64,000 nt of DNA from Candidatus Magasanikiibacteriota bacterium (GCA_041666745.1 JBAYGI010000004.1:3440-67439); one strand, 5' to 3'. Shown: positions 9,126-17,400, counted from the first letter of the stretch. Numbers and translations are program-made. Notes: generated by a model not told the origin, from the letters alone.

Positions 9126-10125
9126 AACCCAAATGCGCGTAAGCGGCCGGCGTGGCTTTGCGACCGCGCGGAGTGCGTTCTAAAAATCCGATTTGTAATA
9201 AAAATGGTTCATAAATATCTTCGATAGTTTCCATTTCTTCAGCCACTGCCGCGGCCAAAGTGTTTAATCCGACTGGACCGCCATTGAATTTTTCAATCAT
9301 GGTAGTGAGCAACAAGCGGTCGATTTCATCCAACCCAAATTCATCTATCGCGAGCATTGCCATCGTGTCACTAACAATTTTTTTATCTATTGATTCCTGA
9401 TTTTTTACTTGAGCAAAATCTCGAGCGCGTTTTAATAAACGATTGGCAATACGTGGAGTGCGACGAGCGCGTTGGGCAATTAATTTTGAGCCGTCAGGTT
9501 CTAATTTTGTTTTTAATAAAACCGCGTTGCGATTTACAATAGTTTCGATATCGCTGTGTTCGTAAAAATTTAGATGAAAAACATGTCCAAAGCGATCACG
9601 TAGTGGTCCCGGTAGTAAACTCATTTTGGTAGTAGCGCCAATCAGAGTAAATTTTTCAAGTGGCATACGAAGAGTGCGCGCGGCCGGTCCTTGGCCGATA
9701 ATAATATCGAGCGCGTAATCTTCCAAAGCCGGGTAGAGTACTTCGGCGATAGTTTTGTTGATGCGGTGAATTTCGTCAATAAATAAAATATCACCACGTT
9801 GTAAATTGGAAAGAATCGCGGCGAGGTCACCAACTTTTTCCAAAATCGGTCCGGAAGTTACTTTGATATTGCCACCCATTTCTCTGGCGATGATATGGGC
9901 GAGGGTGGTTTTGCCCAATCCGGGATTGCCATACAACAAAATATGTTCCAAAACATCATTGCGTGCTTTGGCGGCGGAAATGGAGACGTCAAGATTTTTT
10001 TTAATTTGTGTTTGACCGACAAAATCCGTTAAAAGTTCCGGTCGCAAAGTAACTTCGAGCACTCTTTCCTCTCCGTCACTTTCTGAAGCCACTAATCTGT
10101 TTTCTGTTTGATTTTCTTCTATCAT
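9094..10125 (-). CDS. ruvB: Holliday junction branch-migration ATPase RuvB
   Basis: Walker A GNPGLGKTTLAHIIA, RuvB sensor motifs and a winged-helix C-terminus. Start set at MIEENQ (10125); the upstream 62 codons of the raw ORF are a non-homologous extension. Confidence 0.92.
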   Translation of the reverse strand: MIEENQTENRLVASESDGEERVLEVTLRPELLTDFVGQTQIKKNLDVSISAAKARNDVLEHILLYGNPGLGKTTLAHIIAREMGGNIKVTSGPILEKVGDLAAILSNLQRGDILFIDEIHRINKTIAEVLYPALEDYALDIIIGQGPAARTLRMPLEKFTLIGATTKMSLLPGPLRDRFGHVFHLNFYEHSDIETIVNRNAVLLKTKLEPDGSKLIAQRARRTPRIANRLLKRARDFAQVKNQESIDKKIVSDTMAMLAIDEFGLDEIDRLLLTTMIEKFNGGPVGLNTLAAAVAEEMETIEDIYEPFLLQIGFLERTPRGRKATPAAYAHLGFEQIKNQTLL

Positions 10126-10165
10126 AGTGCTATTATTATACTTAATAGCTAACATAAAGTCCAAT

Positions 10166-10636
10166 ATGTCTGAGTTTGAAACACAAAATAGTGAATGGCG
10201 TAGGCGCAATGCGTCTGAGAGTCGCGAAACACAGGTGGAAAATAAGGAAAAACAACCTGATGAACAGGAAAAAAAGGCGGCCGCGCGAGAGCGTGCGGAA
10301 GTGGTCAGCAAAGAAGTTCAGAGCACTCAAAAACAGATGCAAAACATCATGGCCAACATGCAACAGGTGGTAAAAGCCGTGCAGGCCATCCGCACCCAAC
10401 TGCAATTGTCAGATGATGGGTCGATTCCGTCTGTTCAAAGAGATGAAAAAAATATTGAAATTTTGAAAAGAAAACTGGAAAACCTGCGTGGTGAGTTGGG
10501 TGATTTGCGAGTGGCGCTGATTGTTGAGTTAAAAAAGGAGATTGTGGATAATAATAAAAATTTAACCGATCAAGAGGTTGAAAATGAAGCTCAAAAACAG
10601 GCTGACCAACTGTTTTCTCAATTGGGATTGAAATAA
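10166..10636 (+). CDS. hypothetical coiled-coil protein
   Basis: 156 aa, E/K/Q-rich heptad-like sequence. Start at MSEFETQ. Divergent from ruvB. Confidence 0.4.
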   Translation: MSEFETQNSEWRRRNASESRETQVENKEKQPDEQEKKAAARERAEVVSKEVQSTQKQMQNIMANMQQVVKAVQAIRTQLQLSDDGSIPSVQRDEKNIEILKRKLENLRGELGDLRVALIVELKKEIVDNNKNLTDQEVENEAQKQADQLFSQLGLK

Positions 10637-10676
10637 AATCGCCATACAGGTGTATGGTAGGTTAATGCTTTGTGGA

Positions 10677-10706
10677 TAACTCGTGAATACACGAGTTTTT
10701 TGTTTA
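10677..10706 (+). terminator. intrinsic terminator
   Basis: ACTCGTG aataC ACGAGT followed by TTTTTTG. Confidence 0.5.
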
Positions 10707-10719
10707 GTGTTAGCCTAGT

Positions 10720-10746
10720 TTGGCAGGCATTTTATGTTGTGGTATA
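10720..10746 (+). promoter_or_regulatory. sigma70-like promoter upstream of nrdJ
   Basis: TTGGCA, 17-nt spacer, extended -10 TGgTATAAT. Confidence 0.5.
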
Positions 10747-10767
10747 ATATGTTGGCTAATTAAAGTA

Positions 10768-10803
10768 ATACTATATATTGTGTTGAAAAATAAATTTCAA
10801 CAC
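10768..10803 (+). promoter_or_regulatory. NrdR-box-like palindrome (ATACTATATATTGTGT) overlapping a 9-bp-stem hairpin (GTGTTGAAA/TTTCAACAC) in the nrdJ 5' leader
   Basis: Matches the NrdR consensus acaCwAtATaTwGtgt at 14 of 16 positions. The inverted repeat was read directly from the sequence. Confidence 0.4.
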
Positions 10804-10848
10804 AAGCAGTAGTAATAAGCGACATAATGAAAATTAACTATTTTTTAT

Positions 10849-13800
10849 ATGCAGACTGCTACTGCGACCAAAACTTTTAGACTAGACAAGGATTTCAAAT
10901 ATCCTGAAAATGCCATGCATTTTACGCGGCATTATACCAAAGATGATATCAGCCCATTTGATATGTTCGAGTATGAGATGAGATCTTCGGTAATTCGCGA
11001 ACCAAGTGGCAAATTGATTTTTGAAATGAACGATGTTGAAGTTCCAAAACAGTGGTCGCAGGTGGCTACCGATATTTTGGCGCAAAAATATTTTCGTAAA
11101 GCCGGTGTTCCTCAATATGATGACAACGGTTTGCCAAAATTAAACACTGACGGCACTCCGGTTTTGGGTTCGGAAAAAAGCGTAAAGCAAGTAGCTCATC
11201 GTTTGGCCGGTACTTGGAGGTATTGGGGAGAAAAATATGGTTATTTTGCCGGTGCCAAAGATGCGCAGGTGTTTTACGAGGAATTGGTTTACATGATAAT
11301 CAACCAAATGGTGGCTCCAAATTCTCCGCAATGGTTCAACACCGGTTTGTATTGGGCTTATGGTATCAACGGTCCGGCTCAGGGTCACCACTATGTGGAT
11401 CCGGATACCGGAGTATTGACTCGCGCGATTGATTCTTATTCACATCCGCAACCTCATGCCTGCTTCATCCAATCAGTAAAAGATGATCTGGTAAATGAAG
11501 GCGGCATTATGGATTTGTGGGTGCGTGAGGCTCGTTTATTTAAATACGGCAGTGGAACGGGTACAAATTTTTCCAGTTTGCGTGGTGCCAGTGAAAAACT
11601 TTCCGGTGGTGGACAGTCTTCCGGTTTGATGAGTTGGTTGCGAATCGGTGATAGAGCGGCTGGGGCGATTAAATCCGGCGGTACTACTCGTCGCGCGGCA
11701 AAGATGTGTGTTTTGAATATTGATCATCCGGATATTGAAGAATTTGTGAATTGGAAAGTAAGAGAAGAAGACAAAGTAGCCGCTTTGATTGCGGCCGGTT
11801 ATGAGGGTGGTTATGAAGGTGAGGCTTATTTGACAATTTCCGGTCAAAATTCCAACAACACCGTTCGTATCACTCATGATTTCATGGAAGCGATGGTGAA
11901 AGACAATGGTTGGGAATTGCATTGGCGTACCGACGGTCGTTCTTGTAAAAAAATGAAAGCGCGTGATCTGTGGGATCAAATTGCCTATGCGGCTTGGCGT
12001 TGTGCTGATCCGGGGTTGCAGTTTGATACTACAATAAACGACTGGCACACCTGTCTAGCCTCCGGTCGCATCAATGCTTCCAATCCATGTAGTGAATATA
12101 TGTTTTTGGATGATACCGCTTGTAATTTGGCCTCTATAAATTTGGCGCATTATTACGATCCGGAAACTTCTACTTTTGATATTGCCGGTTTCAAATATAC
12201 TACTCGGGCTTGGACGGTTGTTTTGGAAATTAGTATTTTGATGGCTCAATTTCCTAGCGCGGAAATAGCTCAAAATAGTTATGATTTTCGTACATTAGGT
12301 TTGGGTTATGCCAATATTGGTAGTTTGTTGATGACTGCCGGTGTGGCTTATGATTCACCGGAAGCCTTGGCTTTTGCTGGTGCGGTTACTGCACTTATGA
12401 CGGCGGAGTCTTATTCCGCGTCTGCTGAAATGGCCAGTTATTTGGGCACATTTAATAAATATAATGAAAATCGTGAAAATATGTTGCGTGTAATGCGCAA
12501 CCATCGTCGGGCGGTATTCAATGCCCATGAAGATGAATATGAAAATTTGGCGGTGAAGCCGGTGGGTATTGATCCTCAATTTGCTCCTGCCTATTTATTG
12601 GTAGCCGCTCGTGAAAGTTGGAATCGCACTTTGGAAATGGGAGAAAAATATGGTTTTAGAAATGCTCAAACAACTCTATTGGCGCCTACCGGTACGATTG
12701 GTTTGTTGATGGATTGCGCTACTACCGGAGTAGAGCCGGATTTTGCTTTGGTGAAATTCAAAAAATTGGCTGGTGGCGGATATTTCAAAATTGTAAACGA
12801 ATCAGTGCCGGTCGCTATGAAAACTTTGGGTTATGCCGAAAACGAAGTTAGTGATATCGTAGATTATCTCAAAGGCCGTGCCACCCTCAAAGGTTCTCCG
12901 GTAATTAATCATGAAAGTTTGATGCTCAAGGGTTTGACTCAAGAGGAGTTGGACAAAATTGAAAAATCATTGGCAGGCGCGTTTGAATTGCAATTTGCGC
13001 TCAATGCTTGGACTTTGGGTGAAGACACTCTCAAGCGTTTGGGTTTTTCCAGTGAACAATTTTTGGACACCAACTTTAATTTCTTGAAAGCGCTTGGATT
13101 TAGTGATGATGAAATCGAAAAAGCCAATGAGTATGTTTGTGGTGCGATGGCTATCGAAGGCGCGCCATATCTCAAAACAGAACATTACAAAGTTTTTGAT
13201 ACCGCCAATAAAAATGGTAAAAAAGGGAAACGCTTTATTCATTACTTGGGTCATATTCGTATGATGGCGGCGGTACAACCATTTTTGTCCGGAGCAATTT
13301 CCAAAACTATCAACATGCCAAATGAGGCAACTCTCGAAGATGTAAAAATCGCCTACATGGCTTCGTGGAAATTGGGTTTGAAAGCCAACGCAATTTATCG
13401 TGATGGTTGTAAGATGTCTCAACCGCTGGCCAGTAAATCCGATAGTAAAAAAGAAGACAAAGTAGTCGAAGAAAAAATTGTGGAATTGGTGAAAGAAATT
13501 GTGGAAGTTAAAATGGAAAATAAACAGGAAGAAAAGTCTGAAGAAAAAACAATTAAAAAGTTTACTCTTACTAGTCAAGAACAGACGGTGGTCAACCAGG
13601 TTGTCGATGAAAATCAAGCACAGATTAGTTATGCGCACGATGGCACCAACAAAGGCACAAAGATTTACATCCACGGAGAGCAACGCAAGATGCCATACAA
13701 ACGCAGTGGTATCACTATCAAGGCAAAAGTGGCCGGACAGAAAATATTTTTGCGTACCGGTGAATATCCGGATGGTCGTTTGGGAGAAGTGTTTATAGAT

Positions 13801-14331
13801 ATGTATCGCGAGGGGGCGGCGTTTAGAAGTTTGTTAAATTTATTTGCTATTTCTATTTCTACCGGTTTGCAATATGGTATTCCACTTGAAGAATATGTAG
13901 ATAAATTTACCTTCACTCGTTTTGAACCGAGCGGTATGACCGACCATCCAAATATTCGCAACTGTACTTCTATTATTGATTTTGTTTTCCGAGTATTGGG
14001 TATGGAATATTTGGGAAGAACAGATTTTGTACAAGTAAAACCAACCGGTATTCAAAAAAATCGCGCGCAACAATTGGATAAAATGTTTACTGAAATACAG
14101 GGACAAAAATCTATGACTTTTAAGGAGAGCGAAGCTGATGAAGTGGAAAAACAAAAAATAGTTTTAAAAGTAGATGAGGAAAAAGATCCATTTGTGATGT
14201 CGGCGGCCGACCAGATGTTGGCCAATATGATGGGCGACGCCCCACCATGTTCGACTTGCGGGCACATGACTATTCGTAATGGCAGTTGTTACAAATGTTT
14301 GAACTGTGGAAGTACTACCGGGTGTAGTTAA
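10849..14331 (+). CDS. nrdJ: class II adenosylcobalamin-dependent ribonucleotide reductase
   Basis: 1160 aa with the RNR barrel motifs (e.g. NPCSEYMFLDDTACNLASINL) and a C-terminal Cys-rich tail CSTCGHMTIRNGSCYKCLNCG. Has an internal K/E-rich low-complexity insertion. No intein signature. Confidence 0.92.
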   Translation: MQTATATKTFRLDKDFKYPENAMHFTRHYTKDDISPFDMFEYEMRSSVIREPSGKLIFEMNDVEVPKQWSQVATDILAQKYFRKAGVPQYDDNGLPKLNTDGTPVLGSEKSVKQVAHRLAGTWRYWGEKYGYFAGAKDAQVFYEELVYMIINQMVAPNSPQWFNTGLYWAYGINGPAQGHHYVDPDTGVLTRAIDSYSHPQPHACFIQSVKDDLVNEGGIMDLWVREARLFKYGSGTGTNFSSLRGASEKLSGGGQSSGLMSWLRIGDRAAGAIKSGGTTRRAAKMCVLNIDHPDIEEFVNWKVREEDKVAALIAAGYEGGYEGEAYLTISGQNSNNTVRITHDFMEAMVKDNGWELHWRTDGRSCKKMKARDLWDQIAYAAWRCADPGLQFDTTINDWHTCLASGRINASNPCSEYMFLDDTACNLASINLAHYYDPETSTFDIAGFKYTTRAWTVVLEISILMAQFPSAEIAQNSYDFRTLGLGYANIGSLLMTAGVAYDSPEALAFAGAVTALMTAESYSASAEMASYLGTFNKYNENRENMLRVMRNHRRAVFNAHEDEYENLAVKPVGIDPQFAPAYLLVAARESWNRTLEMGEKYGFRNAQTTLLAPTGTIGLLMDCATTGVEPDFALVKFKKLAGGGYFKIVNESVPVAMKTLGYAENEVSDIVDYLKGRATLKGSPVINHESLMLKGLTQEELDKIEKSLAGAFELQFALNAWTLGEDTLKRLGFSSEQFLDTNFNFLKALGFSDDEIEKANEYVCGAMAIEGAPYLKTEHYKVFDTANKNGKKGKRFIHYLGHIRMMAAVQPFLSGAISKTINMPNEATLEDVKIAYMASWKLGLKANAIYRDGCKMSQPLASKSDSKKEDKVVEEKIVELVKEIVEVKMENKQEEKSEEKTIKKFTLTSQEQTVVNQVVDENQAQISYAHDGTNKGTKIYIHGEQRKMPYKRSGITIKAKVAGQKIFLRTGEYPDGRLGEVFIDMYREGAAFRSLLNLFAISISTGLQYGIPLEEYVDKFTFTRFEPSGMTDHPNIRNCTSIIDFVFRVLGMEYLGRTDFVQVKPTGIQKNRAQQLDKMFTEIQGQKSMTFKESEADEVEKQKIVLKVDEEKDPFVMSAADQMLANMMGDAPPCSTCGHMTIRNGSCYKCLNCGSTTGCS

Positions 14332-14356
14332 AAGTATAAGGCATGCTTGTAGTGGT

Positions 14357-14385
14357 GAACCCCGTCTTGATGACGGGGTTTTGGT
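14357..14385 (+). terminator. intrinsic terminator after nrdJ
   Basis: AACCCCGTC ttgatg GACGGGGTT followed by TTGGTTT. Confidence 0.55.
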
Positions 14386-14496
14386 TTCAAAAAACCACCT
14401 GTCGCCAATAAATTCAAATTTTTAAATTCATTGGCGAATGCAGGTGGTGATGAGACCTCCCGCATTCGGTTGCGGGAGAAAAAGAGCGGGGTGGTG

Positions 14497-14895
14497 TTAG
14501 ACCAGAACGAACGGGTGGATGTCCTGGTCATTCTCGTTGAATGCCTCGTTGGCATAATAGACGAGAACGGAACCGGGCGCCAGTACGAAGGCGTGTGCAG
14601 TGCCAGGCTCGACCATCACGTGGAAGGGGGCGGAGATGGCGGTGTGTTGGACGTCGAGGACGAACATCTTGGTGTCGGCATGAAGGAACAACCCGTTTCC
14701 ATGCTTGAGATCAAACGTCTCGGTCGTCCTCTCGTGGAAGTGGTTTCCGAGCGGAAACGCACTTTTCACCACCAGCACCTTGACTGAGAAGCCGACTTCT
14801 GGGCAATTTAGTTCGAAAATGGCTCGTCGACCATCTTCGTGCACCTTGGTAAATCCACGTGCGAGTATTGCCCTCACTTGGTCTTCTACATTCAT
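14497..14895 (-). CDS. cupin-fold protein, WxcM/FdtA-like sugar ketoisomerase/epimerase family (high-GC island)
   Basis: 132 aa with a GNHFHE...H cupin metal motif and a C-terminal acidic tail like FdtA/QdtA. About 55% GC. Other ORFs overlap on both strands, as expected by chance in GC-rich DNA. Confidence 0.4.
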   Translation of the reverse strand: MNVEDQVRAILARGFTKVHEDGRRAIFELNCPEVGFSVKVLVVKSAFPLGNHFHERTTETFDLKHGNGLFLHADTKMFVLDVQHTAISAPFHVMVEPGTAHAFVLAPGSVLVYYANEAFNENDQDIHPFVLV

Positions 14896-15018
14896 GACGT
14901 ATCATCCAAAGCCCAATGTAGCGGGCAGGATGTTTTTTAAATACCATATTTTGACCAATTTGTCAATATTGGAAGGATTGTGTAGAATACCAATTATGAA
15001 ATTTGTAATAAATATTTT

Positions 15019-15558
15019 ATGACAAAAATATATACCAAAACCGGTGACAGTGGCGAGACAACTTTGCTTGGCGGTGAACGTGTTACCAAGGATTGTATTA
15101 CTCTACAAGTGGTGGGAGAGATTGACGAACTCAATTCCAAGTTGGGTGAGGTGGTCGCGCATTTGTGGGAGGAAGAGCCGGTTGATTTTTTAAAAAAAAT
15201 TCAAGGTGATCTTTTTAAGGCGGGGGCTGAAGTGGCCAGTTTGCAAACGGAATTTAATTCTAAAATAATAATAATCGGCCAAGAAGAAATTGAGGAGTTG
15301 GAAAATAATATCGATGCCTATGCCGAACAGCTACCTGAATTAACAAACTTTATTTTACCCGGTGGAAATTTATCGGCCGCGCATTTGCATCACGCTCGTA
15401 CTATTTGTCGTCGGGTGGAGCGAGTGTTGGTAATGTTGGGAAAAGAAAAAAAAGTGCGTCCGGAATTGTATAAATATTTTAATAGATTGAGTGATTATTT
15501 TTTTATTGCGGCGAGGTGGATAAACTTTAATGATGGGGTGGAGGAACATAAAGTTTAA
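15019..15558 (+). CDS. PduO-type ATP:cob(I)alamin adenosyltransferase
   Basis: N-terminus MTKIYTKTGDSGETTLLGGERVTKD...VGEIDELNS is the hallmark of the MMAB/PduO family. 179 aa. Confidence 0.85.
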   Translation: MTKIYTKTGDSGETTLLGGERVTKDCITLQVVGEIDELNSKLGEVVAHLWEEEPVDFLKKIQGDLFKAGAEVASLQTEFNSKIIIIGQEEIEELENNIDAYAEQLPELTNFILPGGNLSAAHLHHARTICRRVERVLVMLGKEKKVRPELYKYFNRLSDYFFIAARWINFNDGVEEHKV

Positions 15559-15597
15559 GCGTGTATTAGCAAATTTTTTATTCACATATTTGCAGGC

Positions 15598-15626
15598 TTG
15601 ACATTGTGCACTTTTAAAATTACAAT
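15598..15626 (+). promoter_or_regulatory. sigma70-like promoter (TTGACA, 17 nt, TACAAT) heading a ~255-nt untranslated leader
   Basis: Read directly from the sequence. The next start codon is at 15882. Confidence 0.35.
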
Positions 15627-15805
15627 GGACAAGACTTTTCTCTACAGAGTTGCGACAGATTTGATGTTTCAATCGGATCGGATTCTGAAAACATTCTCTC
15701 TCCATTTCCTTTATAATTTATTATCTTGGAATGGCGTTTTCTAGATTTGATTCGCAAATTAATACATGCAGATCTGCTCGCAGCTCTGTGGAGAAAAAAT
15801 CAATT

Positions 15806-15830
15806 GCCCAGGTGGTGTAATGGTAGCCAC
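15806..15830 (+). other. tRNA 5'-half-like fragment (acceptor plus D-arm) resembling the downstream tRNA-Leu
   Basis: GCCCAGGTGGTGTAATGGTAGCCAC compared with the tRNA-Leu 5' half GCTCAGGTGGCGGAATGGTCTACGC, about 18 of 25 identical. Confidence 0.4.
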
Positions 15831-15881
15831 GTGATAAGGTATATTGTAATGCGTATGCTATTATGATATACTTTATTTATT

Positions 15882-16352
15882 ATGAGACCAAAAAAATGGA
15901 CAGAGCAACAGCTTAGAGAAATTGTTCCAACAGTTACTAGTGTGCGTCAAGTTTTAAGAGAACTTGGGCTTAAAGAAGCTGGTGGAAATTATGCGCAGAT
16001 AAAAAAATTTTTAAAAGAATATAAAATAGATATCTTGCATTTTACTGGTGTTGGTTGGAATATAGGAATGAAAATGCAGATTAACACAGCTAAACCGTTA
16101 AAAGAAATACTGATTAAAAATAGTAGTTATCAAAGTTTTAAGTTAAAAAAAAGATTGTTTGCAGAGAAAATAAAAAAACCATATTGTGAATTGTGTGGAT
16201 GGGCAAAGTTGTCGATAGACGGTCGAGTACCTTTAGAGTTAGATCATATAAATGGTGATCACTCAGATAATAGGATTGACAATTTACGAATTTTATGTCC
16301 TAATTGTCACAGTTTACAGTTAACTCATAGAGGTAGAAACAGAAAAAAATAA
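15882..16352 (+). CDS. free-standing HNH endonuclease
   Basis: C-terminal ELDHINGDHSDNRIDNLRILCPNCHS is a canonical HNH motif with zinc-finger Cys/His. The stop codon lies 5 nt before tRNA-Leu. Confidence 0.8.
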   Translation: MRPKKWTEQQLREIVPTVTSVRQVLRELGLKEAGGNYAQIKKFLKEYKIDILHFTGVGWNIGMKMQINTAKPLKEILIKNSSYQSFKLKKRLFAEKIKKPYCELCGWAKLSIDGRVPLELDHINGDHSDNRIDNLRILCPNCHSLQLTHRGRNRKK

Positions 16353-16357
16353 AATAT

Positions 16358-16437
16358 GCTCAGGTGGCGGAATGGTCTACGCAAGAGACTTAAAATCTCT
16401 CGCCGCAAGGCTTGCGGGTTCGAGTCCCGCCCTGAGC
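16358..16437 (+). tRNA. tRNA-Leu (anticodon TAA), class II with long variable arm
   Basis: Acceptor GCTCAGG/CCTGAGC, anticodon stem AGAGA/TCTCT, loop CTTAAAA, long variable arm CGCCGCAAGGCTTGCGGG, T-loop GTTCGAGTC. CCA is not encoded. Confidence 0.85.
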
Positions 16438-16440
16438 ACT

Positions 16441-16473
16441 AAAAATACTACTTTTATGAAGTAGTATTTTTAT
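16441..16473 (+). terminator. intrinsic terminator after tRNA-Leu
   Basis: Perfect palindrome AAAAATACTACTT ttatg AAGTAGTATTTTT. Confidence 0.6.
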
Positions 16474-16530
16474 TTGTTGTGTTATTAAAATCGTGATACT
16501 ATTACTCTTTATCCTAAGTAAATAATTTTT

Positions 16531-17400
16531 ATGCCTCCAGATAAATATTCCGCTGTTTGGGTTTCACACACCTCTATTTCTGATTTTTTGAAATGTCCGC
16601 GGGCTTATTTTTTGAAAAATGTTTATCGCGATCCAGCGACCAAACACAAAATAAAAATAATGTCGCCGACGTTGGCTTTGGGGCAGTGTGTGCATGAGGT
16701 TTTGGAATCATTGTCGCAGTTGCCTCGTGGGGGTCGGTTTAGTGAGCCGTTGCCAAATAAATTTGAAAAAGTTTGGGAAAAAATAAAAGGAGAAAAAGGC
16801 GGGTTTCCAAACGATGACACTGAATATCAATATAAAAAACGTGGCTTGGACATGTTGGCGCGCGTGTATAATCATCCGGGACCAATAAACAATCTGTCAG
16901 TAAAAATTCAAATGGATTTGCCGTATTATTGGTTGTCCGAAGAAGATAATATAATTTTGTGCGGTAAAGTCGATTGGCTGGAATATTTTCCAGACACAGA
17001 TAGTGTACACATCATAGATTTCAAGACCGGTAAAATTCAGGAAGAAGAAAGTTCGTTGCAGTTGCCGATATATAGTTTGTTGGTTTCCAAATGTCAAAAA
17101 AGAAAAGCCACCAAGGCCAGTTATTGGTATTTGGCGGAAAATGATAACCTAACTGAAAAACCATTACCGGATTTGGAAGAATCGGAGAAAAAAATATTGG
17201 AGATCGCCAGACAGATGAAAGTGGCTCGACAGATTAACCGTTTCAAATGCCCGAATGGCGAAGATGGATGTTTTGCTTGCAAGCCGTTTGAATCCATACT
17301 AAATAAGACGGCCAAATTGGTCGGCCAAGATGAATATGGCGCCGATGTCTACATTATTGATAGTATTGAGAAAGAAAACAGGGAAGGGGAGATTTTGTAA
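16531..17400 (+). CDS. PD-(D/E)XK nuclease superfamily protein (Cas4/RecB-like, Fe-S Cys motifs)
   Basis: IIDFKTGK (D-x-K), QLPIYSL (QxxxY), N-terminal Cys (LKCPRAYF) and C-terminal CPNGEDGCFAC cluster, as in Cas4/AddB nuclease domains. No cas genes nearby. Confidence 0.6.
   Translation: MPPDKYSAVWVSHTSISDFLKCPRAYFLKNVYRDPATKHKIKIMSPTLALGQCVHEVLESLSQLPRGGRFSEPLPNKFEKVWEKIKGEKGGFPNDDTEYQYKKRGLDMLARVYNHPGPINNLSVKIQMDLPYYWLSEEDNIILCGKVDWLEYFPDTDSVHIIDFKTGKIQEEESSLQLPIYSLLVSKCQKRKATKASYWYLAENDNLTEKPLPDLEESEKKILEIARQMKVARQINRFKCPNGEDGCFACKPFESILNKTAKLVGQDEYGADVYIIDSIEKENREGEIL

Noticed and set aside
9094-10311. 405-aa RuvB with 62-aa Cys/Ser-rich N-terminal extension
   Set aside because: The extension has no homology to RuvB and overlaps the divergent gene. 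The start at Met-63 (10125) gives a canonical 344-aa RuvB.
10753-10848. Possible cobalamin riboswitch upstream of nrdJ
   Set aside because: The leader between the predicted -10 and the start codon is only about 95 nt, too short for a B12 riboswitch (about 200 nt). No B12-box-like sequence was seen.
12967-13683. Long antisense ORFs inside nrdJ, rpoB, rpoC, gyrA and others (e.g. 12967-13683 minus strand, 238 aa; 25935-26495; 6549-6929)
   Set aside because: They overlap strongly supported genes on the opposite strand or lie in GC-rich DNA where stop codons are rare. They have low-complexity F/I/N-rich translations typical of antisense frames.
10849-14331. Intein in the 1160-aa NrdJ (large size)
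   Set aside because: The extra length is a K/E-rich low-complexity insertion and C-terminal extension. There is no Cys/Ser-initiated Hint block and no HN-C/S/T junction.
15370-15705. 111-aa minus-strand ORF overlapping the 3' end of the PduO gene
   Set aside because: It overlaps a well-supported CDS and extends into a promoter-containing intergenic region. No motifs.
16358-16437. Group I intron in tRNA-Leu(TAA) hosting the adjacent HNH gene
   Set aside because: The tRNA is contiguous with an intact anticodon stem-loop (CTTAAAA). The HNH ORF lies entirely upstream of the tRNA 5' end.
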